This document shows positions 1 through 7,894 of a DNA stretch of 24,000 nucleotides, one piece after another. The position numbers and the translations under genes are program-made. The stretch lies in assembly GCF_003696345.1 (NCBI RefSeq), contig NZ_RFLX01000005.1:88777-112776 (forward strand), in the 5' to 3' direction. The stretch comes from Teichococcus wenyumeiae (GTDB lineage Bacteria > Pseudomonadota > Alphaproteobacteria > Acetobacterales > Acetobacteraceae). Under the pieces are notes generated by a model. The model was not told the origin of the DNA and made no database searches. It was given only the letters and a program-made list of their open reading frames with translations. Within the stretch, counting starts at the first letter, position 1. Each line of letters begins with the position of its first letter.

Positions 1-999
1 GGCGCGCATGTAGAGCCGCATGCCCCAGTGCTGCGTGCCATGGGCCGGCGGGCGGGGCGCGATGGTGAGGGAGGTGTTCAGCAGCCCTTCCCGCCGTTGC
101 AGCGCCTCGCCCGGCGCCACCAGGGGGGAGACAGCGTCGTTGCCCAGGCGGTGCCGCTTGGCGAAGGCGGCCAGCAGCGCCCAGGCCCTGGGGCTGCGGA
201 TGCGCCCGCCGCGCGCATGCGGGTGCTCCATGAAGTAGCGGCCCACCTGGTCATGGGCATTGCCCAGGCCCATCGGCATGGTGGAGCGGGCGGCCAGCAG
301 CAGCCTGGCATTCTCGATGCCGCCGGCGGCCAGGATGACGCTCTTCGCCGCCACCCGCAGCCGGGCGCCCGAGAGGCCGCGCGCCACCACCCCGGTCACC
401 GCCCGCGCATCCGGCGTGGCCTGGATATCGGTGGCGGTGGCATGGGTGACGATGGTGCAGCGCGGATGCTCCACCACGTCGCGGCAGCGGGAGAAGCTGA
501 AGCGGTCGGATTGCCCGTCGAAGCACCAGAGCGGCAGGCTGATGCGGGCGGGGTTGAATTCCGGCAGGGGCACGCCGCTGGCGCGCAGCTCCGCCGCCGT
601 GGGCGGGCGGGGTGAAAGCCCGAAGGCCGCGCGCGCCTCCTGGTAATAGGGCGCCAGCGTCGCGGCCGTGATGGGCCAGCCGGAATGCGGCACCCAGTCG
701 CGTTTCTCGAAATCGATCGGGTCCAGCTCGGCGCAGCGGCCACCCCAGATGGCGGTGGTGCCGCCGAAGAGCCGCAGCCGCGCGTGGTCCAGCTCGTAGT
801 AATCCTCGCCGGCATTGCGGCCGGCATTCAGGTCGGCGGTGGCTGCCTCGTAGTCCAGCCCGCCGCTTTCCAGCAGCACCACGGAGCGCCCCGCCGCCAG
901 CAGGCGCCGCGCCGCGGTGATGCCGGCAACCCCCGCGCCGATGATGCAGACCTCGCCAGCCACATCGCAGGAGCCGCGGGCATCCAGGTCAAACCGCAT
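1..999 (-). CDS. GMC-family FAD-dependent oxidoreductase, N-terminal 333 codons; the 3' end lies beyond the left window edge
   Basis: This ORF is absent from the supplied track because it has no stop inside the window. Hand translation of the reverse strand from ATG 999-997 gives MRFDLDARGSCDVAGEVCIIGAGVAGITAARRLLAAGRSVVLLESGG, a GxGxxG Rossmann start. Later come FGGTTAIWGGRC and ILAAGGIENARLLL, motifs I associate with GMC oxidoreductases. I scanned 1-999 for tta/cta/tca in this frame and saw none. An in-frame stop (tca 1003-1005) lies just upstream of the ATG. Confidence 0.7.
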   Translation of the reverse strand, partial: MRFDLDARGSCDVAGEVCIIGAGVAGITAARRLLAAGRSVVLLESGGLDYEAATADLNAGRNAGEDYYELDHARLRLFGGTTAIWGGRCAELDPIDFEKRDWVPHSGWPITAATLAPYYQEARAAFGLSPRPPTAAELRASGVPLPEFNPARISLPLWCFDGQSDRFSFSRCRDVVEHPRCTIVTHATATDIQATPDARAVTGVVARGLSGARLRVAAKSVILAAGGIENARLLLAARSTMPMGLGNAHDQVGRYFMEHPHARGGRIRSPRAWALLAAFAKRHRLGNDAVSPLVAPGEALQRREGLLNTSLTIAPRPPAHGTQHWGMRLYMRA

Positions 1000-1165
1000 C
1001 CGTCACCACATCGATCTTGGCGGCCGGCGCGGAGAAGGCGCGGGCCGCGAATGTCCAGGGCCACGCCACAGGCGGCATGACAGAAGGCTTACGGGGCCCA
1101 GCCCCCGCTTCTTCCCAGCCCACATTTTCTTGATCGCCAGGCTCAGGCTGGCAGAGGGACCGGCC

Positions 1166-1951
1166 TCAGTTCGCCCGGGCGGCGATGCGGCCCATCATCA
1201 CGGCGGCGGCCTGTTGCAGCGCCGCGTCGTCGTTCTGGCCGATCAGCGCGGCGCCCAGCCCGTCCCGCCGCCAATAGGCCACCGAACGGTCTTCCCGGCG
1301 CAGCATGCGCAGCGGCAGCGGCTGCTCATGCCCCGTATGCACCAGATAGAGCGAGAGCGGGCCGGAGTCGGGCATGCGGAACACCACCGCGACGCTGGGC
1401 CCAGCGACCGAGGGATAGACCTGCACGTCCAGCACGCTCCAGTCCTCCGGAAACTCCGGCAGCGCGATGGCGGTGTTGCGCAGGATCTCGTCCCGGTCGA
1501 ACTGCGGCGCCTCGAGCTGCGAGGCCATGACGGCGCGCAGCAGCGAGGTGCGGTGCGCCTGCATCGCCTCCGCCGTGAAGCGCGGCGGCAGGGCGGCGGC
1601 CTCGGTGGGGGAGACGCCCACGGAATCCACCTGCCAGTGCACCAGCCAGCCCAGCCCGATGCAGGCGGCGACCAGCGCGCCGCGCCGCAGCCCGCGGCCC
1701 AGGTGGCCCATGCTCAGGCCGCGCTGCAGCCGCCGCGCCGCCAGCGCTGTGCGCGAGTCCGGCGCTTCCGGCGGGTGGGCCAGGGCGGCGCGCAGGGCGT
1801 CGCGGATGCGCAGGTCGTCCATCACCCGCGCGGCCAGGGCGGGGTTGCGGGCCAGCGCCTCCTCCACCGCGATGCGGCCGGGCAGGTCGAGCTGGTCGTT
1901 CAGATAGGCGTCGATCTCCATCTCGCCGGGGAAATCAGGCCTGCGGGTCAT
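1166..1951 (-). CDS. Membrane-spanning anti-sigma factor partnered with the upstream ECF sigma
   Basis: The track ORF is 1166..2008. I prefer the ATG at 1951 (MTRRPDFPGEMEIDAYLNDQLD...), which is preceded by GGGAGG and overlaps the sigma-gene stop by 17 nt. There is a single hydrophobic segment (GALVAACIGLGWLV) after an N-domain of about 90 aa. The gene sits directly downstream of an ECF sigma gene. The N-domain has no His/Cys zinc motif. Confidence 0.65.
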   Translation of the reverse strand: MTRRPDFPGEMEIDAYLNDQLDLPGRIAVEEALARNPALAARVMDDLRIRDALRAALAHPPEAPDSRTALAARRLQRGLSMGHLGRGLRRGALVAACIGLGWLVHWQVDSVGVSPTEAAALPPRFTAEAMQAHRTSLLRAVMASQLEAPQFDRDEILRNTAIALPEFPEDWSVLDVQVYPSVAGPSVAVVFRMPDSGPLSLYLVHTGHEQPLPLRMLRREDRSVAYWRRDGLGAALIGQNDDAALQQAAAVMMGRIAARAN

Positions 1952-2492
1952 GCGAACCTCCCACCACACGGAGTTGCGGGTGCCGGGCGGGCGGGGCCTC
2001 GCCCGCATCCATCTGCCGCAGCATCTCCCGGGCGCGGCTGAGCCGGGACATCACGGTGCCGGCGGGGACATCCAGGATCTCCGCCGCCTCGGCATAGGAG
2101 AGGCCTTCCAGCGCCACAAGATGGAAGGCGGCGCGCTGCGGCTCCGGCAGGGCGAGATAGGCCTCGAAGATCTCGCGCAGGTGCAGCGCGTGGTCCTGCC
2201 CCGGCTCGGCATGTGGCGTGGCGAGGCTGCCCACCGCGGCGATGCGCGCGTTCTCGGCGTTGCGGCGGCGCCAGCCGTCGATGAAGCTGTTGTGCAGGAT
2301 GGCGAAGAGCCAGGTGCGCAGGTTCTCGCCCCGCCGGAAGGTGGCGCGGCGCTCATAGGCGCGCAGCAGCGCGGTATGCACCAGGTCCTCCGCGTCCTCC
2401 GCATGGCGCGTCAGCGCGCGCGCATACCGGCCCATTGGAACCAGATGCGCGGTGACGTCGAAGGATCTCCACCCGAAGCTCATGCTGCCCAT
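1935..2492 (-). CDS. ECF-subfamily sigma-70 factor
   Basis: The track ORF is 1935..2771, but its first 93 codons are Arg/Pro/Gly-rich and look non-coding. The ATG at 2492 (or 2483) gives about 185 aa. Region 2 reads AEDLVHTALLRAYERRATFRRGENLRTWLFAILHNSFIDGWRRR. The region 4 HTH reads LPEPQRAAFHLVALEGLSYAEAAEILDVPAGTVMSRLSRAREML. Confidence 0.85.
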   Translation of the reverse strand: MGSMSFGWRSFDVTAHLVPMGRYARALTRHAEDAEDLVHTALLRAYERRATFRRGENLRTWLFAILHNSFIDGWRRRNAENARIAAVGSLATPHAEPGQDHALHLREIFEAYLALPEPQRAAFHLVALEGLSYAEAAEILDVPAGTVMSRLSRAREMLRQMDAGEAPPARHPQLRVVGGSHDPQA

Positions 2493-2756
2493 ACGAAGCT
2501 GACGGGCCGCTTCTTCCTGCCCGGCGGCAAAATAATGCTCGCCCGCCACGCCACCAAGCCGCGCGGCGTCCCGAAGGGGATTGGACGGCGGCCGCCGCCT
2601 GCCGTATCGGGGGGCCTGAAACCAGCCGGCGCCCTGCCCCTCGGGGCGGTGCCGGAGGGGCGGCATCCGCCGGGCCGGCGGCCCCGCCCGCTGGCGAGAG
2701 GAGGTGGCACCCATGCCCGTTGCATCGACCCGAGACGGCCAGGGCGCCGCATACCC

Positions 2757-3776
2757 ATGACGCCGGCGCATCCGTTGCGGGCGGGCGACCTGGTGCTGGT
2801 CACCGGTGCTTCAGGCTTCCTGGGCTCGGCGGTGACGCGGGCGCTGCTGGCGCGTGGGCTGCGAGTGCGCGCCCTGCTGCGCCCCACCAGCCCGCGCAAC
2901 AACCTCAAGGGCCTGGATTGCGAGATCGCGCAGGGCGACCTGACCAATGCCGCCTCCCTGCGCCCGGCGCTGCACGGGGTGCGCTACCTGTTCCATGTGG
3001 CGGCGGATTACCGGCTCTGGGCGCCGGACCCGCAGGCCATCCTGCGCGCCAACCTGGACGGCACCCGCAACCTGATGCGGGAGGCGATGGCGGAAGGGGT
3101 GGAGCGCATAGTCTATACCAGCAGCGTCGCCACCCTGAAGGTGGCCGGCGCCACCCGCCCGGTGGACGAGACGGCGCCGCAGGACCCCGCCGGCGCCATC
3201 GGCATCTACAAGCGCTCCAAGACCCTGGCCGAGCGCGCGGTGGAGGACATGATCAACCGCGACCGGCTGCCGGCGGTGATCGTGAACCCCTCCACCCCCA
3301 TCGGCCCGCGCGACATCCGGCCCACCCCCACCGGGCGCATCATCCTGGATGCGGCGCGCGGCAAGATCCCGGCCTTCGTGGATACCGGGCTGAACTTCGC
3401 CCATGTGGACGACATCGCCGCCGGCCACCTGCTGGCCTTCGAGCACGGGCGGGTCGGCCAGCGCTATATCCTGGGCGGCCAGAATGCCTCGCTGCAGGAT
3501 TTCCTGGCGGAGGTCGCGCGCCTGACCGGCCGCCGCACCCCCACCACCAGGCTGCCCCGCGCGCTGCTCTTCCCGGCGGCCTGGGGTGCGCAGATGGCGG
3601 CCCGCCTGACGAAGCGGGAGCCGATGCTGACGGTGGACGGGCTGCGCATGGCGCGCCACCGCATGTTCTTCACCTCCGCCAAGGCCGAGCGGGAACTGGG
3701 CTACCGCGCCCGCCCCTATGCCCAGGGCGTGGCGGATGCGCTGGGCTGGTTCCGGGGCGCGGGCTACCTGCCATGA
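2757..3776 (+). CDS. hpnA: Hopanoid-associated NAD-dependent sugar epimerase/dehydratase-like protein HpnA
   Basis: This is the in-frame internal ATG of track ORF 1950..3776. It reads MTPAHPLRAGDLVLVTGASGFLGSAVTRALLARG (GxxGxxG), with YKRSK as the YxxxK motif. It is the first gene of the hpn operon. The start-codon choice is less certain because no clear SD is visible. Confidence 0.8.
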   Translation: MTPAHPLRAGDLVLVTGASGFLGSAVTRALLARGLRVRALLRPTSPRNNLKGLDCEIAQGDLTNAASLRPALHGVRYLFHVAADYRLWAPDPQAILRANLDGTRNLMREAMAEGVERIVYTSSVATLKVAGATRPVDETAPQDPAGAIGIYKRSKTLAERAVEDMINRDRLPAVIVNPSTPIGPRDIRPTPTGRIILDAARGKIPAFVDTGLNFAHVDDIAAGHLLAFEHGRVGQRYILGGQNASLQDFLAEVARLTGRRTPTTRLPRALLFPAAWGAQMAARLTKREPMLTVDGLRMARHRMFFTSAKAERELGYRARPYAQGVADALGWFRGAGYLP

Positions 3777-4909
3777 GCCTCTGGCTGGCCCTCGGCCTCG
3801 TCTCGCTGCTGATCTGGCTGGTGCTGGTGCTGGCGCGGGGCGGCTTCTGGCTGGCGCGGGAGCGCGACGACCGCGACACGCCCCCCGCCCCCGCCCATTG
3901 GCCCAGCGTGGTGGCCGTGGTGCCGGCGCGGGACGAGGCGGATGTGATCGCGCGATCGGTCGGCAGCCTGCTGCAACAGGACTATCCCGGCCCCTTCCGC
4001 GTCGTGCTGGTGGATGACGGCAGCACCGACGGCACCGCCGCCGCCGCCGGCACCGACCCGCGGCTGGAGGTGCTGCCCGGCGCGCCGCTGCCCGCGGGCT
4101 GGACCGGCAAGCTCTGGGCGCAGCAGCAGGGCGTGGCGCGGGCGGGCGAATCGGCGCCCGACTACATCCTGCTGACCGATGCCGATATCGGCCATGCGCC
4201 GGAGAACCTGCGCGCCCTGGTCAGCCGCGCCGAGCAGGGCCGGCACGCCATGGTGACGCTGATGGCCGAACTCTCCTGCGCCACGCGGGCGGAGCGCTTC
4301 CTGATCCCGGCCTTCGTGTTCTTCTTCCAGATGCTCTACCCCTTCGCCTGGGTGGCGCGGCGGGACCGGCGCACGGCGGCGGCGGCCGGCGGCTGCATGC
4401 TGGTGCGCCGCGCGGCGCTGGAGGCGGCGGGCGGCATGGCCTCCATCCGGGCGGAAATCATCGACGACTGCGCCCTGGGGCGGCGCATGAAGGCGCAGGG
4501 GCCGGTCTGGCTGGGCCTGACCCGCCGCGCCCGCAGTCTGCGCCCCTATGGCAGCGTGGCGGAGATCAGCCGCATGGTCTCGCGCTCCGCCTATGCGCAA
4601 CTGGGCTATTCGCCGCTGCTGCTGGCGGGCACGGTGCTGGGCATGGTGCTGACCTATCTCCTCCCCCCCGCCCTGGCGCTCTTCGGCCAGGGCGCCGCCC
4701 AGGCGGCGGGTGCTGCAGCCTGGCTGCTGATGGCGCTCGCCTTCCAGCCGATGCTGCGCTTCTACCGCGTGTCGCCGCTCTGGGGGCTGGCGCTGCCGGC
4801 CATCGGCGCGGCCTATACGCTCTTCACGCTGCAATCGGCGGTGCAGGTCTGGCGCGGCCAGGGCGGCATGTGGAAGGGCCGGGCGCAGGCCATGGCGGGT
4901 GAGGCATGA
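3773..4909 (+). CDS. hpnB: Hopene-associated family-2 glycosyltransferase HpnB
   Basis: This is the internal ATG of track ORF 2720..4909, in an ATGA overlap with the hpnA stop. There is an N-terminal TM segment (LWLALGLVSLLIWLVLVLA). The GT2 core reads VVAVVPARDEADVIARSVGSLLQQDYPGPFRVVLVDDGSTDGT, followed by LLTDADI. C-terminal TM helices follow. Confidence 0.8.
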   Translation: MSLWLALGLVSLLIWLVLVLARGGFWLARERDDRDTPPAPAHWPSVVAVVPARDEADVIARSVGSLLQQDYPGPFRVVLVDDGSTDGTAAAAGTDPRLEVLPGAPLPAGWTGKLWAQQQGVARAGESAPDYILLTDADIGHAPENLRALVSRAEQGRHAMVTLMAELSCATRAERFLIPAFVFFFQMLYPFAWVARRDRRTAAAAGGCMLVRRAALEAAGGMASIRAEIIDDCALGRRMKAQGPVWLGLTRRARSLRPYGSVAEISRMVSRSAYAQLGYSPLLLAGTVLGMVLTYLLPPALALFGQGAAQAAGAAAWLLMALAFQPMLRFYRVSPLWGLALPAIGAAYTLFTLQSAVQVWRGQGGMWKGRAQAMAGEA

Positions 4910-5784
4910 GCGACTCCAGCAACTTCGCTTCCGGCAAGGGCGACAAGGACGAGAATTTCCCCGTCGCCTCCCGCCTCGTGCGGCCGGAACTGCGGCCCAC
5001 CATCCTGGCCTTCTACCGCTTTGCCCGCGCCGCCGACGACGTGGCCGACCATGAGACCGCCGCGCCGGAGGACAAGCTGGCGCAACTGGCCCGCATGGAA
5101 GCCGGGCTGCGCGCCGACTCCGCCGCCAATGCCGAGGGCGCCGCGCTGCGCCGGGCGCTGGAGGCACGCGGCCTGACCGACCAGCACGCGCTGGACCTGC
5201 TGGAAGCCTTCCGCCGCGACGTGACCCAGACGCGCTACGCCGATTGGGCGGAGTTGATGGATTACTGCCGCTATTCCGCCGCGCCGGTCGGGCGCTTCAT
5301 GCTGGACCTGCATGGCGAATCCCGCGCCACCTGGGCCGCCAATGACGCGCTTTGCGCCGCCTTGCAGGTCATCAACCACCTGCAGGACTGCGCCAAGGAT
5401 TTCCGCGCGCTGGACCGCGTCTATATCCCGCTGGACCGGCTGGGCGCCCATGGCATCGGCACGGAGGCGCTGGGCGCCGCGCAGGCCTCCCCGGCCCTGC
5501 GCGCCGTCATCACGGAACTGGCGGAACAGACAGAAGCCCTGCTGGCGCAGTCCCGCCGCTTCGCCGGGCAGATCGCGGACCGGCGGCTGGCGCTGGAAGT
5601 GGGCGTCATCCAGGCCCTGGCGGAAAGCCTGACCCGGCGGCTGATGCGGTGGGACCCGCTGTCCCAGCGCGTGCACCACCGGCCGGTGGAGGCGTTGAGC
5701 ATCGCCTTGGGCGGCGCCGCGAGCGTTGCCGTGGGGCGGCTGGGGCGGATATTCCGGCCGCAGGCAATCGGCACCCCGGGATGA
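4906..5784 (+). CDS. hpnC: Hydroxysqualene synthase HpnC (squalene/phytoene synthase fold)
   Basis: Track ORF 4906..5784, 292 aa. It reads ENFPVASRLVRPELRPTILAFYRFARAADDVADHE (first Asp-rich motif) and later LQVINHLQDCAKD. It overlaps the hpnB stop in ATGA. Its position between hpnB and hpnD supports the call. Confidence 0.85.
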   Translation: MSDSSNFASGKGDKDENFPVASRLVRPELRPTILAFYRFARAADDVADHETAAPEDKLAQLARMEAGLRADSAANAEGAALRRALEARGLTDQHALDLLEAFRRDVTQTRYADWAELMDYCRYSAAPVGRFMLDLHGESRATWAANDALCAALQVINHLQDCAKDFRALDRVYIPLDRLGAHGIGTEALGAAQASPALRAVITELAEQTEALLAQSRRFAGQIADRRLALEVGVIQALAESLTRRLMRWDPLSQRVHHRPVEALSIALGGAASVAVGRLGRIFRPQAIGTPG

Positions 5785-6632
5785 CCACCGACACCCTTCT
5801 CGCGCCCCAGGCGGTGAATCTGCAGGCGCAGGTTTCCGGCAGTTCCTTCTACACCGCCATGCGGCTGATGCCGCGCGCCGAGCGCGAGGCGATGTTCGCC
5901 ATCTATGCCTTCTGCCGGCTGGTGGACGACATCGCCGACGACGGCACCCGCCCCCGCCCCATCCGGGCGCAGGAGCTGGAACGCTGGCGCGCCGACCTCG
6001 CCGCGCTCTACGCCGGGCAGCCCGCCGGCCGCGCCGCCTTCCTGGCCGGGCCGGTGCGGGACTTCGGCCTGCGCCACGCCGATTTCCTGGCGGTGATCGA
6101 CGGCATGGAGATGGATGTGGCCGCCGATATCCAGGCGCCCGGCCTCGCCACGCTGGACCTCTACTGCGACCGCGTGGCCAGCGCGGTGGGGCGGCTTTCC
6201 GTGCGCGTCTTCGGCATGGAGGAAGCGCCGGGCCTGGCGCTGGCCCATGAACTGGGCCGCGCGCTGCAACTGACCAATATCCTGCGCGACCTGGACGAGG
6301 ATGCCGGCATCGGCCGCCTCTACCTGCCGCGCGAAGTGCTGGATGCCGCCGGCATCGCCGGCGACGACCCGCTGGCCGTGGTGGCCGACCCGCGCGTGGA
6401 TGCCGCCTGCCGTGCCCTGGCCCCCCGCGCCCTGGCGCATTTCGCCGCCGCCGACCAACTGCTGGCCAGCCGCCCACGCGGCCGCCTGCTGGCGCCAAGG
6501 CTGATGGCGGCGGTCTACCGCGTCATCCTGGAAAAGATGCTGGCCCAGGGCTGGACGGCGCCGCGCCGGCGCGCGCGGGTCGGCAAGGCGCGGCTGCTCT
6601 GGCTGGTGGCGCGCTGCGGCCTCGCGCGATGA
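5781..6632 (+). CDS. hpnD: Presqualene diphosphate synthase HpnD (squalene/phytoene synthase fold)
   Basis: This is the internal ATG of track ORF 5352..6632, in an ATGA overlap with the hpnC stop. It reads SSFYTAMRLMPRAEREAMFAIYAFCRLVDDIADD, then MEMDV and LQLTNILRDLDEDAGIGRLYLP. Confidence 0.85.
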   Translation: MTTDTLLAPQAVNLQAQVSGSSFYTAMRLMPRAEREAMFAIYAFCRLVDDIADDGTRPRPIRAQELERWRADLAALYAGQPAGRAAFLAGPVRDFGLRHADFLAVIDGMEMDVAADIQAPGLATLDLYCDRVASAVGRLSVRVFGMEEAPGLALAHELGRALQLTNILRDLDEDAGIGRLYLPREVLDAAGIAGDDPLAVVADPRVDAACRALAPRALAHFAAADQLLASRPRGRLLAPRLMAAVYRVILEKMLAQGWTAPRRRARVGKARLLWLVARCGLAR

Positions 6633-7894
6633 CGGTGCATGTGGTCGGCGCCGGGCTGGCCGGGCTTTCGGCGGCGGTGGCCCTGGCGGGCAAGGGCGCC
6701 CGCGTGGTGCTGTGGGAAGCGGCGAAGCAGGCCGGCGGCCGCTGCCGCTCCTACCACGACGCGCAGCTCGGCATGGTGATCGACAACGGCAACCATCTGG
6801 TGCTCTCCGGCAATCCGGCGGTCGGGCGCTACCTGCGCGCGATCGGCGCCGAGGCGCGGCTGGCGGGGCCGGAACAGGCGGATTTCTCCTTTCTCGACCG
6901 GCGCGACGGCAGCCGCTGGGTGCTGCGGCCCAATGCCGGCGCCCTGCCCTGGTGGGTGTTCTTCGCGAACCGCCGCGTGCCCGGCACCGGCCCGGGTGAT
7001 TACCTGGCACTGGCCAGCCTGCTGCGCCGCCACCCTGGCCGCCGCATCGGCGATGTCATGGCCTGCCACGGCCCGCTCTGGGACAAGCTGCTGCGCCCGC
7101 TGCTGGTCTCCATCCTGAACACCCGGCCCGAGGATGGCGATGCCGGGCTCGCCGGCGCCGTGCTGCGCGAAAGCCTGGCCAGGGGCGGCCGCGCCAGCCG
7201 CCCGCGCATCGCGACACCAACGCTGGACGCCGCCTTCGTAGCCCCGGCGCTGGAGTTCCTGCGGGCGGCGGGCGCCGAGATCCGCCTCGGCCAGCGGGTG
7301 CGCGGGTTGCGGCTGGAGGGCGGGCGCCTCGCCGCCCTCGCCCTGGCGGAAGGCGAGGTGCCGCTCGGCCCCACCGATTCGCTGGTGCTGGCGGTGCCGC
7401 CCTGGGTGGCGCAGGAACTGCTGCCCGGCCTCCAGGCGCCGGACGATTTCCGCCCCATCCTGAACGCCCATTTCGCCGCCACGCCACCGCCGGGCGCCCC
7501 CGCCATGGTCGGGCTGGTGGGCGGCACGGCGGACTGGGTCTTCGCCTTCCCAGACCGGCTGTCCACCACCACCAGCGATGCCAGCGCGCTGATGGAGCGC
7601 GACACGGAAGACCTGACCGCCGCGCTGTGGCAGGATGTGGCCGCCACCCATGGCCTTTCCGGCCCGGTGCCACCCTGCCGGCTGGTCAAGGAACGGCGCG
7701 CCACCTTTGCCGCCACCCCCGCCCAGGCCGCGCGCCGCCCCAAGGCGCGCACCGCCTGGCAAAACCTGTTCCTGGCGGGCGATTGGACCGATACCGGCCT
7801 GCCCGCCACCATCGAGGGCGCCTTGCGTTCGGGGGAGGCCGCCGCCGCGCTGGCCTTCGCCGGGCCGGGCGCATCGGAGGCCGCTGCCGCATGA
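6629..7894 (+). CDS. hpnE: FAD-dependent hydroxysqualene dehydroxylase HpnE (amine-oxidase/phytoene-desaturase fold)
   Basis: Track ORF 6629..7894, 421 aa. It starts MTVHVVGAGLAGLSAAVALAGKGARVVLWEAAKQAGGRCRS, a dinucleotide-binding fold. It overlaps the hpnD stop in ATGA, and the C-terminus has LFLAGDWTDTGLPATIEGALRSG. Confidence 0.85.
   Translation: MTVHVVGAGLAGLSAAVALAGKGARVVLWEAAKQAGGRCRSYHDAQLGMVIDNGNHLVLSGNPAVGRYLRAIGAEARLAGPEQADFSFLDRRDGSRWVLRPNAGALPWWVFFANRRVPGTGPGDYLALASLLRRHPGRRIGDVMACHGPLWDKLLRPLLVSILNTRPEDGDAGLAGAVLRESLARGGRASRPRIATPTLDAAFVAPALEFLRAAGAEIRLGQRVRGLRLEGGRLAALALAEGEVPLGPTDSLVLAVPPWVAQELLPGLQAPDDFRPILNAHFAATPPPGAPAMVGLVGGTADWVFAFPDRLSTTTSDASALMERDTEDLTAALWQDVAATHGLSGPVPPCRLVKERRATFAATPAQAARRPKARTAWQNLFLAGDWTDTGLPATIEGALRSGEAAAALAFAGPGASEAAAA

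Noticed and set aside
2437-2459. An ECF-promoter-like GGAAC...CGTC on the + strand, pointing toward hpnA.
   Set aside because: The spacer is only 14 nt, against the usual 16-17. The site lies inside the sigma-factor coding region, about 300 nt upstream of hpnA. In GC-rich DNA such half-matches are easily produced by chance.
2626-2655. A hairpin, CCGGCGCC-ctg-CCCC-tc-GGGG-c-GGTGCCGG, in the hpnA upstream region. It could be a leader structure or riboswitch.
   Set aside because: No conserved riboswitch motif is recognisable, and no U-tract follows. GC-rich intergenic DNA here forms many comparable hairpins. There is not enough evidence to call a feature.
1950-3776. Apparent large fusion ORFs with long N-terminal extensions: 1950..3776 (608 aa), 2720..4909 (729 aa), 5352..6632 (426 aa), 7627..9828 (733 aa) and 9928..10740 (270 aa).
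   Set aside because: The extensions are low-complexity read-through of upstream genes or intergenic DNA in another frame. Family-typical N-termini begin at internal ATGs. For hpnB, hpnD and shc, those ATGs coincide exactly with ATGA overlaps of the preceding stop.
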